NCBI GenBank assembly: GCA_003344405.1
Contig: NOWV01000010.1
Coordinates: 992,001-1,056,000, forward strand
DNA from: Trichoplax sp. H2
Taxonomy: Eukaryota
DNA: 64,000 nt
Reading direction: 5' to 3'
Part shown: positions 14,525-29,016 of the stretch, in pieces
Layout: each line of letters begins with the position of its first letter
How positions within the stretch are numbered: position 1 is the first letter of the stretch
Program-made: the position numbers and the translations under genes
The notes under the pieces: generated by a model
What the model was told of the DNA's origin: nothing
Databases searched by the model: none
The model's input: the letters and a program-made list of their open reading frames with translations, nothing else

Positions 14525-17101
14525 CGTCTACAAGCTGCAATTAAGAATAATATCTGGCACAATGAAGTAGGAAGCACGTTGACTAGTAGCAGCCAAAGAC
14601 GTTCATGGTCCAATTTAAGGTAGTCACCTTCCATACCAGTAGCCTTGTAATGGCATTTCATTAATTACATAATGTATAGCAACTTGTTTTAGGTTAAAAA
14701 TCTTATTACAGCACGATGTGAATATTTATAAAGGTTTACACGTTACAATGGAGTTTCAATGCTGCACAAAGATGCCCTACGACCTAAATCAACATCAAAG
14801 AAGCCCACTAATCGACAGACGGCATATAATTGTAGGCATTATATCGGCTGAATCTGCAACAACTGTAGTGATATCTATTTCTGTATAAATAAATAAAACA
14901 AAAGCTACTTTCCGGACTTCCTTATACTTTTTAGGGAAGTTGATTAAGGTCATTGGCATTTGCATTCATCTTCTGCAAACAAAAGCTATAATAACAAAAA
15001 GGTCAGAATTGCAGTCGCTTTTTGATATAAAGAGGATTTAATTCATGCTAAGTAATGTTTCTTCATCATACATTAATAATTAATATATTAAAATTTTGAT
15101 CCAAAGCCTGTTTATTACCTTTGATTTATTCTTTTCTTTAGAGATTTATACTACACTGATTCAGACTTTTTTGGTAGCCAAAACGTTGTCGATAGAATAC
15201 TTAATGACATTGCTTGCACGTTGCAAATACCTAGAAATTCTTTACACTGTGTAAGTCTACAGAAATAGATAGATTCCTCTATTTATTGCATCTTTTCTTA
15301 TTCTATAAGCATTTTAAAACTTTATTCTTGTAACTCTTTTATCACTTCTAACTTCAGGTAGCTTCACCAAAAGGTAGCAATTGACTATCAAAAAAGATAT
15401 AACTGATTAATGTATATCGCATGTTAAAGTATAGTACAGTATATTTAAAATTTAATATTTAAAAATGTTTTTACCATCTAAAGAAATCTGATATATCAAA
15501 GTGTTAACTTCTAGGCTTAATGGCGGGCGATTTTAGATTTATTATGAAGAGCGGACATTTTCTATGTGGCTCATTCGAAAATAAGGTTATAATTCTTAGA
15601 TAATAAATTAATTTCTTTGCAGTTAAAAAAATACTAAGAGAAATTTCTATCAAAACAACACATAAGATTTATGTTGATGAAAATTTATCTTTTAACGCTT
15701 TGTCTATATTAAATATCTTAGATACAAAGTATACCACTTGTAGCAGATATTGCAGGTAATAGTAAGATTTGTTAGCAGTTTGGCTTTCAGTACAGTATTA
15801 ATGATAGATACTACCGGACTCTACATTGAAACTATCGGCATTTATGAAATCAAATAGGTATAGAATCTACTGCAAAATTCGTCTTAATTGTTGAAAAAGA
15901 GGCAATTTTTCAAAGATTACTGGACGGAAATATTAAAGATAAACTTAATTCATGCATCGTAATTACCGTATGTATTTCGAATCTAATAATATAAAAATTT
16001 TTTTTGACTAATCAGATGCCTTCCTACTTAAAACGGATACATTTGATCTAATTTTATTATGCCTGAATTCATAATTAGGGTAAAGGTTATCCAGATATGA
16101 GCACACGTTTAATGATTCGCTTTTTATGGGATACCTTAAAATTACCAACTTTCGTATTGACTGATGCAGATCCATATGGTAATATAGGACGTCTACGATT
16201 AATTTTTTTAAGCAGAAACTGTAAATTATAGGCTTATAACAGTTTTTTTTACTCGTAAATCTGTGACATGAATAATGCAACGTAGGTCTAGAAATTTTTT
16301 GCGTTTATAAATATGGATCGAAGGTATTTGGATACTTGTAAGGACAATGTACCTTTACTGATCATATACATGATTAATCACTACTATTCCACGGAATAGA
16401 CGAAAATTAGTAGATTATAATTAGTATAAGAAATGTCGTTATATCTTTGCTTATCAGGGCTTTCTCTTTGCTAATTTACAGGAAATGTCTTTCGAAGCCG
16501 AAAATCTCTGTTTTCCGTTAATAAAATGGTTAGGAGTGCTACCAAGTGAATTCAACAAGTATACTAACGATAAAATACCTATATCTAAGACTATATTTCA
16601 CACATGGCGAAATAAATAATTTATAAATATACATATTCGTTTTACGGAACTACAATAAACTATGTTGATTTTTCATTGAAGACTCGGGATTCCGAAGAAG
16701 TTATTCATTTCAATGAGAGAAAATGAACGCAGTCGATTAAAGTCTATAATTAAAAGACCTTACATTACAGAGAACGAAGCTTTAGCAACTGAGGTGAAGT
16801 AAATAATTTTTAAAAATCGCATGCTATCGAATCTACTGTTTTGAAAATCATATGCGGGCGAAAAAAGCTTAAGCTTATGCGTACATATGAAGTGTAATCT
16901 GCGCGAAAGAAATTCATTAGTAAAGTAAATGCCTCTCTAATCAGGTGCTCTAATGCTATGGGCTTATTATATTTCAAACAGGCTAGAATTCTGCTGGATT
17001 ACAATCAAAAAATTGAGATCGAGGCACTCTACAACTATTCATTTGATTATCTTCTCGAAAATTACATACCATATAAATTACGATCGGGTTTATGGATTTA
17101 A
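14525..17101 (+). CDS. SPO11: Meiotic recombination protein SPO11 (TopoVI-A family), multi-exon; start codon not located (upstream of 14525)
   Basis: Spliced exons give TKRDLYYTD (catalytic Tyr at 15152-15154), VVDRILNDIAC, VASPKGLMAG, FVLIVEKEAIFQRL, ITGKGYPD, LTDADPYGLEIFCVYKYGS, IKWLGVLPSE and KIEIEAL...YIPYKL. Stop TAA at 17099-17101. Confidence 0.95.
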
Positions 17102-17852
17102 AATTATCTAACAAGAAAACTACATCATATTGTACCAAGCCTCGATTAATCACTGTAGTTCAACCGTTAATGACGGTTACATGTTACCAATAAAACGTCC
17201 ATCAATATTGTATAAAATACCTGTGATTTCATCTTCTGATAGCTATTGGCGTATCAATATAAAATAAAATTTATTGTCAGTACAATGCATATAGCTAAGA
17301 TAAGCCATTTACGAGTGATAACATAGCGTGGACAATGTATGAATTTTTCATAATATTAATTACATATTATACAATAGTATCCTATGCTAAAACACATTGA
17401 AAGACAGTCTGTCATACACTAAATACATTACATCAGTAACAATATCGTGAATTTTGGTGCACCCGCATATACGTTAGCGATTGCGTAAGTACAATATAAT
17501 ACCATACATCCTAGTTACTCGATGTAACTATATGTGATTAGAATACGTCTGGCAATGCACAACGTAAAAATTTTTAATAGAAATAGCTTATAAAGTGTCT
17601 CTAATTCGTAAACTTTCCACTTAATTATAATAATTATTAAAAAATTAATTAGATTAATTTCAAGGATATAGTCAGCTATATTACGAACAAATATTAGTGC
17701 AACTGACACAGTAATTAAATATAATAGACGGAGAATCTGCTAAATAAATATTAAATGATAATATAACTTAAGATTTGTGTTTCATGTGTAGAAATTTCAA
17801 TTTTATCAATTTTTTAAATAAGATTATTAGTGTACCAGAAGCACAAAACGAA

Positions 17853-20800
17853 TTAAAATAGGACTATCTTTTTTTCAATAGATCGGCGGCAAATTGGACA
17901 TTCTACGAGACGATCGCCACACATTTGACAAATTCCATGGCCACAAAGAAATACAAGGTTCTTTTTCCGGTCCATACATACGGGACACAATGTCTACATC
18001 ATAATAAAGGCAACACATTAGATGGGTTTTAGTTAAGAACTTAACATAAACTCAATGCATAATAAATTCTTAGGTTCCTTCTAAAGTCTCACCTTCTCTT
18101 TCAGTTCTTTTAATTCCTGCTTGAGATTTTCTACTTCATGAATACTACTACGTTTAGTTGGTGAGGGTTCATTTACAGGGCTAACTGCACGCGCTATTAA
18201 ACCAGAGGAGATAAGAAATCCTTATTAACTTAAATTGCACCAAGATAACTATAAGAAAATTCAATAACTCACCAGCTTCGCTATCAAGATCTGCATTTAA
18301 TAGTATTCGATCATCAATTCGAAGGCGACAAACTGGGCACTTGCGTTGCATAGAGCCGCAATCTGCGGATGTTAAAAAATTATTATATAAAGAATTATTA
18401 AATACCAATTGTTAATAAATCGATTGGGTACAACTAATAAATTACCTTTACAAGTTGAAATATGTCCGCAAGGTTTAAATATAGTTTCAGATACTTTCTT
18501 ATGACAAATCCGACAAGTTTCCAACTACATTTTAAGAGCAAATGTCCAAAAGGAATGATATTATGAAACATTTTTTATCAAATCTTGAGTGAATATCTAC
18601 GGAAACGTTTTTAGTTAACCTATTCCAAAAATGGAAATTTAATACATCGGGTATTTTGTGTCAACTTTATTTCACTTTTAGGAAACATTAAAGAATTCCG
18701 CAAAGGCGACAAACTTGACATATTGCTATCTGCACAGGAACAAAGCAACATAGCTAATGGTATCATAGCTAGCTACTGGCCTAAAGAATGTGCAGTGTAT
18801 CGGTCCATTTATAGCTTACTAATGGAACTAATCTGCGTTTACCGTCATACCAAAACGGACAAAAATACAACGCATAAACGATTCATTTTACGTAAACAAT
18901 TGCGCAGTATAATTAAAAATGTAACTATCGAGTTATTTAACATACAGTCTCAGAAATTACCTTTTCAAAGGTTTCAATGGATCTTTTGCACTTCAGGCAC
19001 TTTTTCATTCGTCCAGCGCAAGGCCAACACACAAGCGAGTGCTGGCAAGGAAGAAATATTGAATTTCTTACAGCGGTCGAACAAATCGCACATTTTGTGT
19101 CCTTGTTTGTAGCTTCACCATGATTAGAGCTATTATTTCGTAATAATCCAGCGTTTAAAATCATTTTATCAGATATTAAATATATTAGTTAACAACACAG
19201 ATATCCTATACCTAGATTGCTCTTCTTCATTTTGACAGTGCAATTTAATTAAGTAAAGCGTGAAATGATCACAAAGATCATAGGGTGTTGATCCTTCGTT
19301 GTCTTTTATGTTTATGTTCGCACCTTTCGACAGCAACATTGAGATGATGGAGAGTGCAGAAGTTTTCGCAATCTTGTCAAATAAATAGTTATTTATTAAT
19401 TTCTTAAATGTGCCAATGTAAAAAAAGAGTCAACATTTGAATGTAATAGGATGTACAAGGTAAGTGTCGACATACCTTCTCGTAAGTACCAGATTGTTTT
19501 TCTCTAGCTAAAATTTGGGTTAATGTACGGATAATTTTATGTAAAGGCGTATTACCAATCATGTCTTGAAGGTTAATATCTGCGTCTCTTTCAAGTAAGA
19601 GCTAAGAGACAAAATTTTAACATAATTATCATGTGGTAACCTTAATCTATGTAGATATATTCAATCTTGTACTAGTAATTCAGTACAATATTGGCGCCAT
19701 GTTTACCTCTATCATTTTCACATTTGCTTTGTCGATTGCTATATGTAGTGGAGTTTCACCATTAATGGCATTACAGGAATTTATATCAGCATGACCCTAT
19801 AAGAGAAAATTATTGGCAACGTTTACCCAAGCTTGTAATTTAGTTGTGAGAATTTACGTCCTCTTACCTGCTGTATAAGTAAGTCTGCTACTTCTATGTA
19901 ACTATTTAGGACCGCTATATGCAAGGCAGAATAGCCATCATCTTTCTTAATATTCACATACCAAGAATGGGGCATTTTTCTAATTAACGCTTGTATATTG
20001 CTGCAAAAGGTATGTAACAATTAAAACTCCTGTCCATGACAATTATAATCCATTTTCGAAATGGACAGAATCGTAATTTATTTATACTATAAAGCACTTT
20101 CTTTATAATCAATTGTATGTCATAGTCTACCTGACATTTCCAAGTTTCGTTGCTAAATGGATAGCATTAAATCCTTCATTATTTGTAACCGACATATCTG
20201 CCTTTCCTTGCAGTAAGGCATTGATGATACTTTCGTTATTTTTTATTAGAGCAAGATGTAATGGAGAATTTCCATCTACGTCCTAAAAACGATATAGTGA
20301 ATTACAAAACGTGTAATTATTCAACGCATAAGAGGCAAAATTTTACTGTGGGATAATTCAACTTGCCTGCAAACTAATATGACAACCACATTCCAGTAAA
20401 GCTTCAATAGCGTGAGCATTCTTTTTTAATACAGCTAAGTGCAAAGGGGTTTGACCCGAACTATTACGTGTATTTAGATCAACATCGTAACGGCTTATCA
20501 AGCGGATAACATCGTTTCTATTACGTATTCCCGCACAGTGGGCTATTCTATCGCCATGTTCATCCTAATCAAGTCAAATAAGGTAGAGGTAAATTGTGTG
20601 TAGACGGTATAATCTTCCTGACAATGAAATGAAGTAATTGGAGACTTACTTCTAATTCAAGGTTAGCGCCAGCTTTAATGAGAAACTCTATTACTGATAA
20701 TTGAGTCAAGTCTCTACTACTATCGTCGAAATTTTGACCATCTAACCGTAGACCAGCTTCAGATACAATGCTTACCATTTGATCGCTTGTTAAATTCGAC

Positions 20801-23800
20801 ATAATAACTTGTCGACAAATCTCCGAGAAACGATCTACAAATATTAGCTATGTTATCACTCACGTATGAATATAGCTAAGGTATAGGTTAATAATAGGAA
20901 ATTGACATAGAATAATGACAATACCAGCTTGATTTACTGCGAATTCCGGATTGCATTGTCTCGGCTGCAATTTAGTGATAACGCCCGGATTTAGGGTCCA
21001 AATTTGATTATCCACTTCCACCTAATGATGATGATAACAATTACTATTATTGAATAAATTCTATATTTTCGGTTTATAATGTAATCTAATCTTCCTAAAG
21101 ATTTTAATTAAGCATCAATACATTGCTATACCACTTACAAAGTCTTATAGTTTTTACAGTATATGAGTACGAAGATTTATTATACCTTAATATCACCATT
21201 CTCGTATATATGTGTTACACGACCAACCTTACCGAGACTCTGGAATACAGAAATTAAACACGTTAGGTTATAGTTATAATTATTATATACAACTATACTG
21301 GTTTAAGTAGATAATCATTGCTTAAACCAATGCATATCACTCTAAAATAGTAACTACTATCAGATATATTAGGCAGTAGATTGTAAAAATTTGCTGATAT
21401 GCAACGTACTGCAATCATAGAATCACACCAGCCGCCATGAGATGTCTGCATTACTCTAACTTGATCAACATCTGGATTTAGCCTTACAACATCACCAACA
21501 CATATCGTGCTTCTGTTAGTGTCTGGATTACTTGAATGTTCAGAATGAAGATGACTAGATGAAGCATTGAAACGTGGTGCAGCAGTTTCTCTGGATAACT
21601 TAGTAAGGACGTGAGGATTAAATGTCCACCTACATTATAGATAGGTTTGAGTACAGTTTTATTGATACAAGCAATACGAGTTAATATTTCGGAGATAGCT
21701 AAATCAATTTTGGAATAAGTGTGATTACATTACTTCATACCTGTTACCGTTTGCATATACAACGACTATATCTTGATCACGGTCTATATCTAGTACTTTT
21801 CCAATACTGTTCAAACACTAGATAAAATGCCATATGGAAATTTTACAATATTAATTACTTCATAATTACGGATTGTTACAGTTACTTTGCAATTACTTCT
21901 AATACTGATCAATAAATCATAGTCATCTAGAAATGTTGCGCATAAAGTAACATTATACCTCATGCATCTGGTCAATCCATCCGCCGTGACCTTGTTGTAG
22001 TGATCGAATCACCTCCTGTTCTAGGTTAATAGTTACGTAATCGCCAGGTGTAAAACTTACAGCTGCGGCATCCAAAAGGGAAGGTAATTCTATAATAGGT
22101 TATTGTATACAATTTAATGTCGCAATAATACGCATAACGATATACTAGCAATTTATTACTGAAATTTACTGATGTACAAATAGGCTAATTCTATGAATAT
22201 TTTTCTTGTTTGCTACTATAGCGTATCTAGGATGGACGTACCAGGATGGCTCTGAATAAATGGCATATGATCTCTATAAATTGCTCCTCCTTTGGTATCA
22301 GTTAAAGCTTTTAGGTCGGACTGTTCATTTAATAACATTGATAAATATTAAGCATTGATATCGAACACGAAAAGGATCTTGCAAATTGGAATACATCTTA
22401 CCATTCCACTGAATCCTAAACGATATAAATTTTTGTTACTGTTTTCCCACTGTACATAAACAGCACTACGAGGGCTTGCAGAAGTCCAATCTGAAATTTC
22501 TACTACTTTTCCACGACAACCAGGTCCACCTAGTAAGTTAAAGGTTATCTCTATGTCAGTTGATCGTAATTCACTTATACTCATAAAAACTAAATAGGAC
22601 TAATTTTATTGTACAGCACCTGTCATCTGTGATACAATTAAAGCCAATAAAATACAGCTTGGAATAGTAAAACAATCTTTTTACAATTCTAGATAAAGTA
22701 TGCGATTGGACTTACCATCTTGATCCTCCCAACTCCAGTCATATCCACGCACAACACGAGCACCTGGAAAGATACCACGAACGGAAATTTTTTTACTCTT
22801 TCGGCGACTTTCCATTTTGTACCTGAGAAATTAATGTAAAAAAATAAAAGATTGATTATTTTATACAGTTCCAATCTAAATTTTTATTCGGCATACAAAA
22901 ATTTATCCAAGACTAGTTATTTCTATAATAACAGGAAAAATTTATCATCAGTAAATAAGACGACACTAATCATTATACAAGCAGTACAGCGATTGAAAAA
23001 AAGTGTTTTATCGCCAATAATAATAATTGTATGAAGAGAAAAATCTCTAAGCTAGCTACCTTAAGATATTATATGTCAATAGTATCGTACCGTAGTTGCA
23101 ACAACAATATTGATTGATGCAAAACACTCTAATAAACTCTACATTGACGCTATTGAAAATTGTACAATTTTTCTCCATCTTAATTCTCAGACAAAGTTTA
23201 GCTGTGTTATCATAGATAAGAAGGTATCTTTTATAATCACTGCTTGTATTGGATTCAACCGGATGAAAAGAAATTATTCAAATTTTGATTCTCTTACGGC
23301 TGAGCGTTGGGTATCCTAATCCGATAGAAACGATGACGTAAGTTATGTTTATCCGAATTATAACATAGAGTACATAGGTCGCAACTAGGACATTCAACGC
23401 ATTTCCAACGCGTCCCATAGATCGGCATCATCCGACAGCCTTCACACATGGAACCAGTGTGTTCAATGCCTGATGATTTTCATTTGAAAGGAGTAGAAAA
23501 TTAATTAGCAGAATGATTCGATCGATTGAGAATAAGTGTTACATTAATGGAATAGTTATGATCAAGAATGATCAATTACAACAAGTTTGATGTCATTGAC
23601 AATTCAACATTTTGATTACTTTGTACTTTATTAGCACTCATTCTAACATACAGTATAGAATATTTTGTAATTTGATCAGTATCTGCGTGGTAAGTCTTTG
23701 AAGAAGCAACAAAAGTTGATAAAGTAAGGCAGGAAAGATGATCACGATGATTATAATCTGCTATTTGTCGTTAATTAAACAACAGTACTGTATAAACTTC

Positions 23801-26800
23801 TAGATTGTATCAGCAGCTATGAATTTGTAAAGGTACATTTTTCTGAAGAATTCAATTTTCGCGTATGGGTTGTTGGTACACGCAAATTAAGAAAAAAACG
23901 CATGATCTTGCGTTGTATCAAGGCCTAGCTGTATATCTAACATCGATGACATGAGTTTGTTTTCAATAAAAACAACGCTAATCTAGTGGGCTAGATTTAT
24001 TTAGAAATTACGAAATTAATACTAACTACTTATTTTATTTTACTAGCTTAATCAAACAATATGGCTAACACAAACAGAGGAAGAAAATAATACAAATAAG
24101 GTATACTATACATAGTTAAGTCTACCCTGTGTTCTTGACAATAATATTTGATTATTTGTGCATTACTAAGGCACAAAATCAATAGCGATCCGTTTTGCCG
24201 TATGATCAGTTTGTTATCCTATAGTAATAACTGTACTATATAGTACGGTACTGTAAATTGGTTAATAATTAAGATAGAAGTTTTATTTTTTCAGAATTTT
24301 TTAGAAGAAAAAAAGAATTCATTTTGTAATGTGACTAGTAGCATGAATTGTAAGCAGCATTGTATAGCATGTTAGTGTACTTGCTTCCTCAACTTGTAAC
24401 ATCACATCATTTATAAATTGTATCAACTCTGAGGCAATTTTCAGATATCATTATATGCTTTAATTATAGTTTTTGACAATATTCAAACGGTGAAAAGATT
24501 ATTATGTTAAAATGATAAATGATCTCAACAACTGGATAGTACAGTAGATTACCAATCCATTATATCTGTGATGGTGAAAAATATAATTATACGCGTTTAT
24601 CGAATAATTTTCTTCACTTTAAATAAGATGGCATGGTGATTCTACAGTACTGTACGAGTGAGTACAGTATCCAAGATCATGATTGACATGTTTGGCGTAG
24701 ATTGCACAGTAAGGGAAAGAAAAAGCATTCCTAAACTAGCAATAAATACTTTCTAGTTTGTTGTGATAATATCTGTGGAATGATAGCGACGACATGAAGG
24801 GTTAAGTTAAATATTTTCATAATTGTTACGTCTTCACACTCTACAGCCAAACAAGAATGTAACGCAATAGTATGAAATACTCAAAATTGACTGCGATTCT
24901 GGTCTCTATGGACTAAGTGAATATGAAACTGCTATTGAAAGGGAATGTACGCTATTTTAACATGGTTAACTTGATGATTGATGTTCTCAAATTTTTATAT
25001 CGTTCAAATCAGTAGAATCATCTATGCCACTTTCCCAAATTATAGATAATACTATTAATTTCAGTTATGGAGTAATGATCATTGAATAAATTACTGTCGG
25101 CAAAAATTGTGCAGCATCGAAATTTACTGAATTGTTTGCCTGCTCTATGAGTACACGGTAAACTAAAAAATTTTGAACTCTCTTGCTTTATACGATAGGT
25201 ATACGTAGGTGCAAATTGTATAGAAGAAGAGAAAAAAAAATTCTATGAGAAAAAGTGATTTTAATTGTACCGTAGTGGTCTACTGCATGAGGTTAATGAC
25301 TGTATAAAAAATTGGTTTTTCGCACAGGGCTATAGCTATTGTTCAATCAATCTGCATAGTATAATTAATTATAACTAATTGAAGAATAATAAAAAATTTT
25401 CTCTTACTCTTTGGGAGCGAGATATACAAATTAGTGAGAAAACAGCGATGTCGTGTGTCTTTAATACCATAATACATTCAATACGGAGGTAAAGAAATTA
25501 AAGAAATTAAAATACAGGAAAAGATAATACATCAAATGAGTAGAAAAAGCTCTGTTTTCTCACACTAGCATCTAGCTTCGATTGAAAATCAATGACGGTA
25601 AAAAAAATTCTCATAGAATCGTTTCGTAAACATATATCATCTCGTTGATTACAAAAGGGAATCTTTAGAAAAATTATTACTATGCTTTTTAATGGTCTCG
25701 TCTACGCTATAATTACTAGCGTCTATTTCGCATTCTTTGCAACATGACGTCAAGTATTATTTTTTCTCTTCCCTTTTCACATAGTATAGTTTAGTTTGCT
25801 ATCGACTTTGCAAGTGTAAAGTCTGGTTTCTTCTTACGGGCTTGGATAGTACCTTATTGGGCATTTGACAGTAAAAGAATCTGTGCATAGTAGTGTAGAA
25901 TTATGGTGGTTAATTAAAGGTAGATGTTCTCTTGGATATCGTAGTTGATCTACGTTTAGCACAATAAATAATTAATTGTATAATACAGTGAAAATGTGTG
26001 GAGGAAAGTAGTTCTCGTTCGGTTTGAAAAATGATAGAAAAAAAGGTACTTGCTGAGTCAATTCCATCAATAATAGTCTTACTCTTCATAGTACAATATT
26101 TGAGAAATCAAAAATAGATAGTATGCCGTCACGGCGGAAATCTACTTGTACGTCCATCATTACTATATGCTATATGCATGGTTGATTAGAGACGAACAAA
26201 ATTCTAACAACTCTTAATAAATATAAAAATTGAATAATGAATAAGTAAAATGAAAAGTTGACAAAAAAACGGAAAACTTGTTTAAGGAAATACAGTGAAC
26301 TGTACTGTATCTGCGTATACACGCTTAGGCAGCATGGCATTCCTGTAGTTACAGTGAAATAGTGAGGCCTGTAAAAACCATATCGGGACGATTAAGGGCA
26401 AATCAAGTCAAACGTCTACTCTTTAAGTTATGACTAACGATCGTTTATATTGTAAAGGAGAAATGGCGCAATTTTTCCCAATCGATTTGAATTCAAGTTG
26501 GTGAGAAAACCATGCAAGACCCGTTTCACCTTCATAAGTACAGTATTGACTTTTTGTTTTTTTGACGTAGAGTATTTACGTACACACTTCGGCAACTAGG
26601 ACTAAAGACAAATCAACTTTAACATCGATCATTCTCATTCAAGTTATGATTACAGATCGTCTATACAAAATGAGAAATTGGATAATTTATTTATTCAATC
26701 GTCTCTTAATTCAAGTTGGCAGGCAAAGGGATAGAATTTATTTTTTTTCAATTGTTGGTGACATAATGATGCAGACAGAGTCTTTCTGTACAACTTTGTG

Positions 26801-27294
26801 CAGTTTGGAGTTTAAAATTACTCTGTTGGCCTGATACAGCGATGACTGCTAGTTGTTGGAGTTTGGAAATGAAGAATGGCAATCACCATTATGATTTGTT
26901 GGTAAGCTATCTAATTTATCTACATTAATTAATAAAGGTAACAAAGTCAAAATATGCCATGCCGTAGTGCACTTGAGTGATCATCTTCATTACTACAAAG
27001 TAGAGTAGGACTTTGTATCGATGTCGGCAAGATGGGCAAAGTACAAAGTAAAAACTTGATTGACTTACCGGTAGCACTATCATCGAATGTGCGTAAATCG
27101 TAAGCATCGCAACATCGATAATTTGCAGCAGTGCCATTATCCCAAACGACAAACGCATCGGATCCTTCCATACTTCTGACGGTGCCAACATGGCCTTCAC
27201 CGCCATCTTGCTTGCCCCATTTCCAATCGGGTCCACGAATGACACGAGCACCGATACAAGGTAACAATCCTCTGGTCGAGCTGAGATTGCTCAT
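17853..27294 (-). CDS. MIB1: E3 ubiquitin ligase Mind bomb (Mib-Herc2, ZZ, Mib-Herc2, 2 Mib repeats, ankyrins, 3 RINGs)
   Basis: Exon 1 [27 protein letters not shown] finger [13 protein letters not shown] (~23300-23469). Second Herc2 [17 protein letters not shown]. Ankyrin exons at 19200-20560. Three RINGs, the last [44 protein letters not shown] (stop 17853-17855). Confidence 0.96.
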
Positions 27295-27939
27295 GCTTTC
27301 TTCTCCGTTACTGTTTTCCTAACCCCGAATAACTATCATATCAAGATGGAAATGATGGATTCACTAACCCATTGACATTTTCAACATCCATATTGATTTG
27401 TATTAAAATATCAAGGAAAAAAAAAAAAAAAATAGCTCAAAATGAAATTTCTATTAGCAAGTTGATGATACGAACATTTTTTTTTCCCCTTGCTCCTGTC
27501 GTATTCCAAAACTTGCAATCAATATGTTGAATTAAGAGTTGATTATACGCCTGTATGACCGACGGGATACTTTGATCGTTATTTTCAACAAGCAAATGAT
27601 GTTGTTACTATTGTACACTTGTCCAATATATTCAGAATAAGCGAATTGTTGGATGGCGGATACGACGTTAGTAGATCAAAGACGGCCAATGTTGTCAATC
27701 ATCATAGCCACAATATGTACAGTAAATATCAATCGCTTCTTCTCTTGTAAACTGTTGTAACAACAAAATCAAACTATTAATATCCTTCCTCCTCCATTTC
27801 AATCCTACCTCTCCAAGGCAATCAAATAATGTCGATCTTCTATAAACGAGTAGAATAGATGCAATGATGGAAAATAAAAAAAAGCGCTTACTAATACTTT
27901 AATCTTCCACTCTACAACAATCGCCTCGGTAAGCATGAT

Positions 27940-28860
27940 CTTGTTCTACTTACTTCAATTACTGTTCCACCGATCGCAGCTTGACAATACTGGTGATTGA
28001 CGCGCAAAAGCGCCTCACTATGAAATGTGAAATGGACGTGGTCTACAGTCTACAGTCGTGCTCTACAATGTATAGTACTGTATCAGACTACAATGTACTG
28101 TGAAGGTTACAGTATACAGTACTCTACTCTACAGTGTACAGTACTCGTACTGTATAAAATTCCTTTTGTTTTTCTTGTTCTACTTACAGTACTGTACACT
28201 GAGTGTACAGTACTTCAATAACTCTATTCCACCGATCTCAGGTTGACAATACTGGTGATTGAAGCGCTAAAGCGCCTGACTATGAAATGTGAACTGGACG
28301 TGGTCTACAGTCTAGTACTGTACTCTACAGTTTATAGTACTGTACTAGACTACAATGTACTGTGGAGACGTACAGTATACAGTACTCTACTCTACAGTAC
28401 TAGTACTGTAGAAAATGCCTTTTGTTTTTTGATATCTACAGTACCTACTTTCAATAACTGTACTGTACAGTACAGTATTCCACCGATCTTAGGTTGACAA
28501 TACTGGTGATTGATACGCAAAAGCGCCTGACTATGAAATGTGAAATGGACGTGGTCTACAGTCTACAGTAGTGCTCTACAGTGTATAGTACTGTACTAGA
28601 CTAACATGTACTGTATTGTGGAGGTGTACTGTACTGTACTGTACAGTACAGTACAGTATACAGTACTCTACTCTACAGTACTAGTACTGTAGAAAATTCC
28701 TTTTTGTTTTTTCATATTCTACTTACTTCAATAACTCTATTCCACCGATCTCATGTTGACAATACTGGTGATTGAAGCGCTAAAGCGCCTGACTATGAAA
28801 TGTGAACTGGACGTGGTCTACAGTCTTGTCCTCTACAGTGTACAAGTACTGTACTGTATG
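27940..28860. repeat. Tandem array of ~251-262 bp units (~3.5 copies): conserved ~90 bp core plus TACAG/TACTG-rich variable part
   Basis: The core ttccaccgatc..ttgacaatactggtgattga..cgc.aaagcgcct.actatgaaatgtgaa.tggacgtggtctacagtct starts at 27965, 28227, 28478 and 28740. Confidence 0.95.
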
Positions 28861-29016
28861 CCATGAAGAGATACTGTACAGTACTGTGTACAGATACCAG
28901 CATGTCGTCAAGTGGCCGGCCGTTCATTCACAAAAAATGTCCGCACGTCTGTATTCGTAGCACTCCAATGAAATTAGGGACTACTGTACTAAGTAAGAGT
29001 CGCTGCTGGTACAGTG

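Noticed and set aside
28027-28497. ORFs 28027-28221 and 28243-28497
   Set aside because: Low-complexity translations of the TACAG-rich tandem repeat.
27940-28860. CRISPR-like array or hammerhead ribozyme array
   Set aside because: Eukaryotic context with no cas genes. The spacers are homologous to each other and the units are ~260 bp. No CUGANGA/GAAA core with matching stems on either strand.
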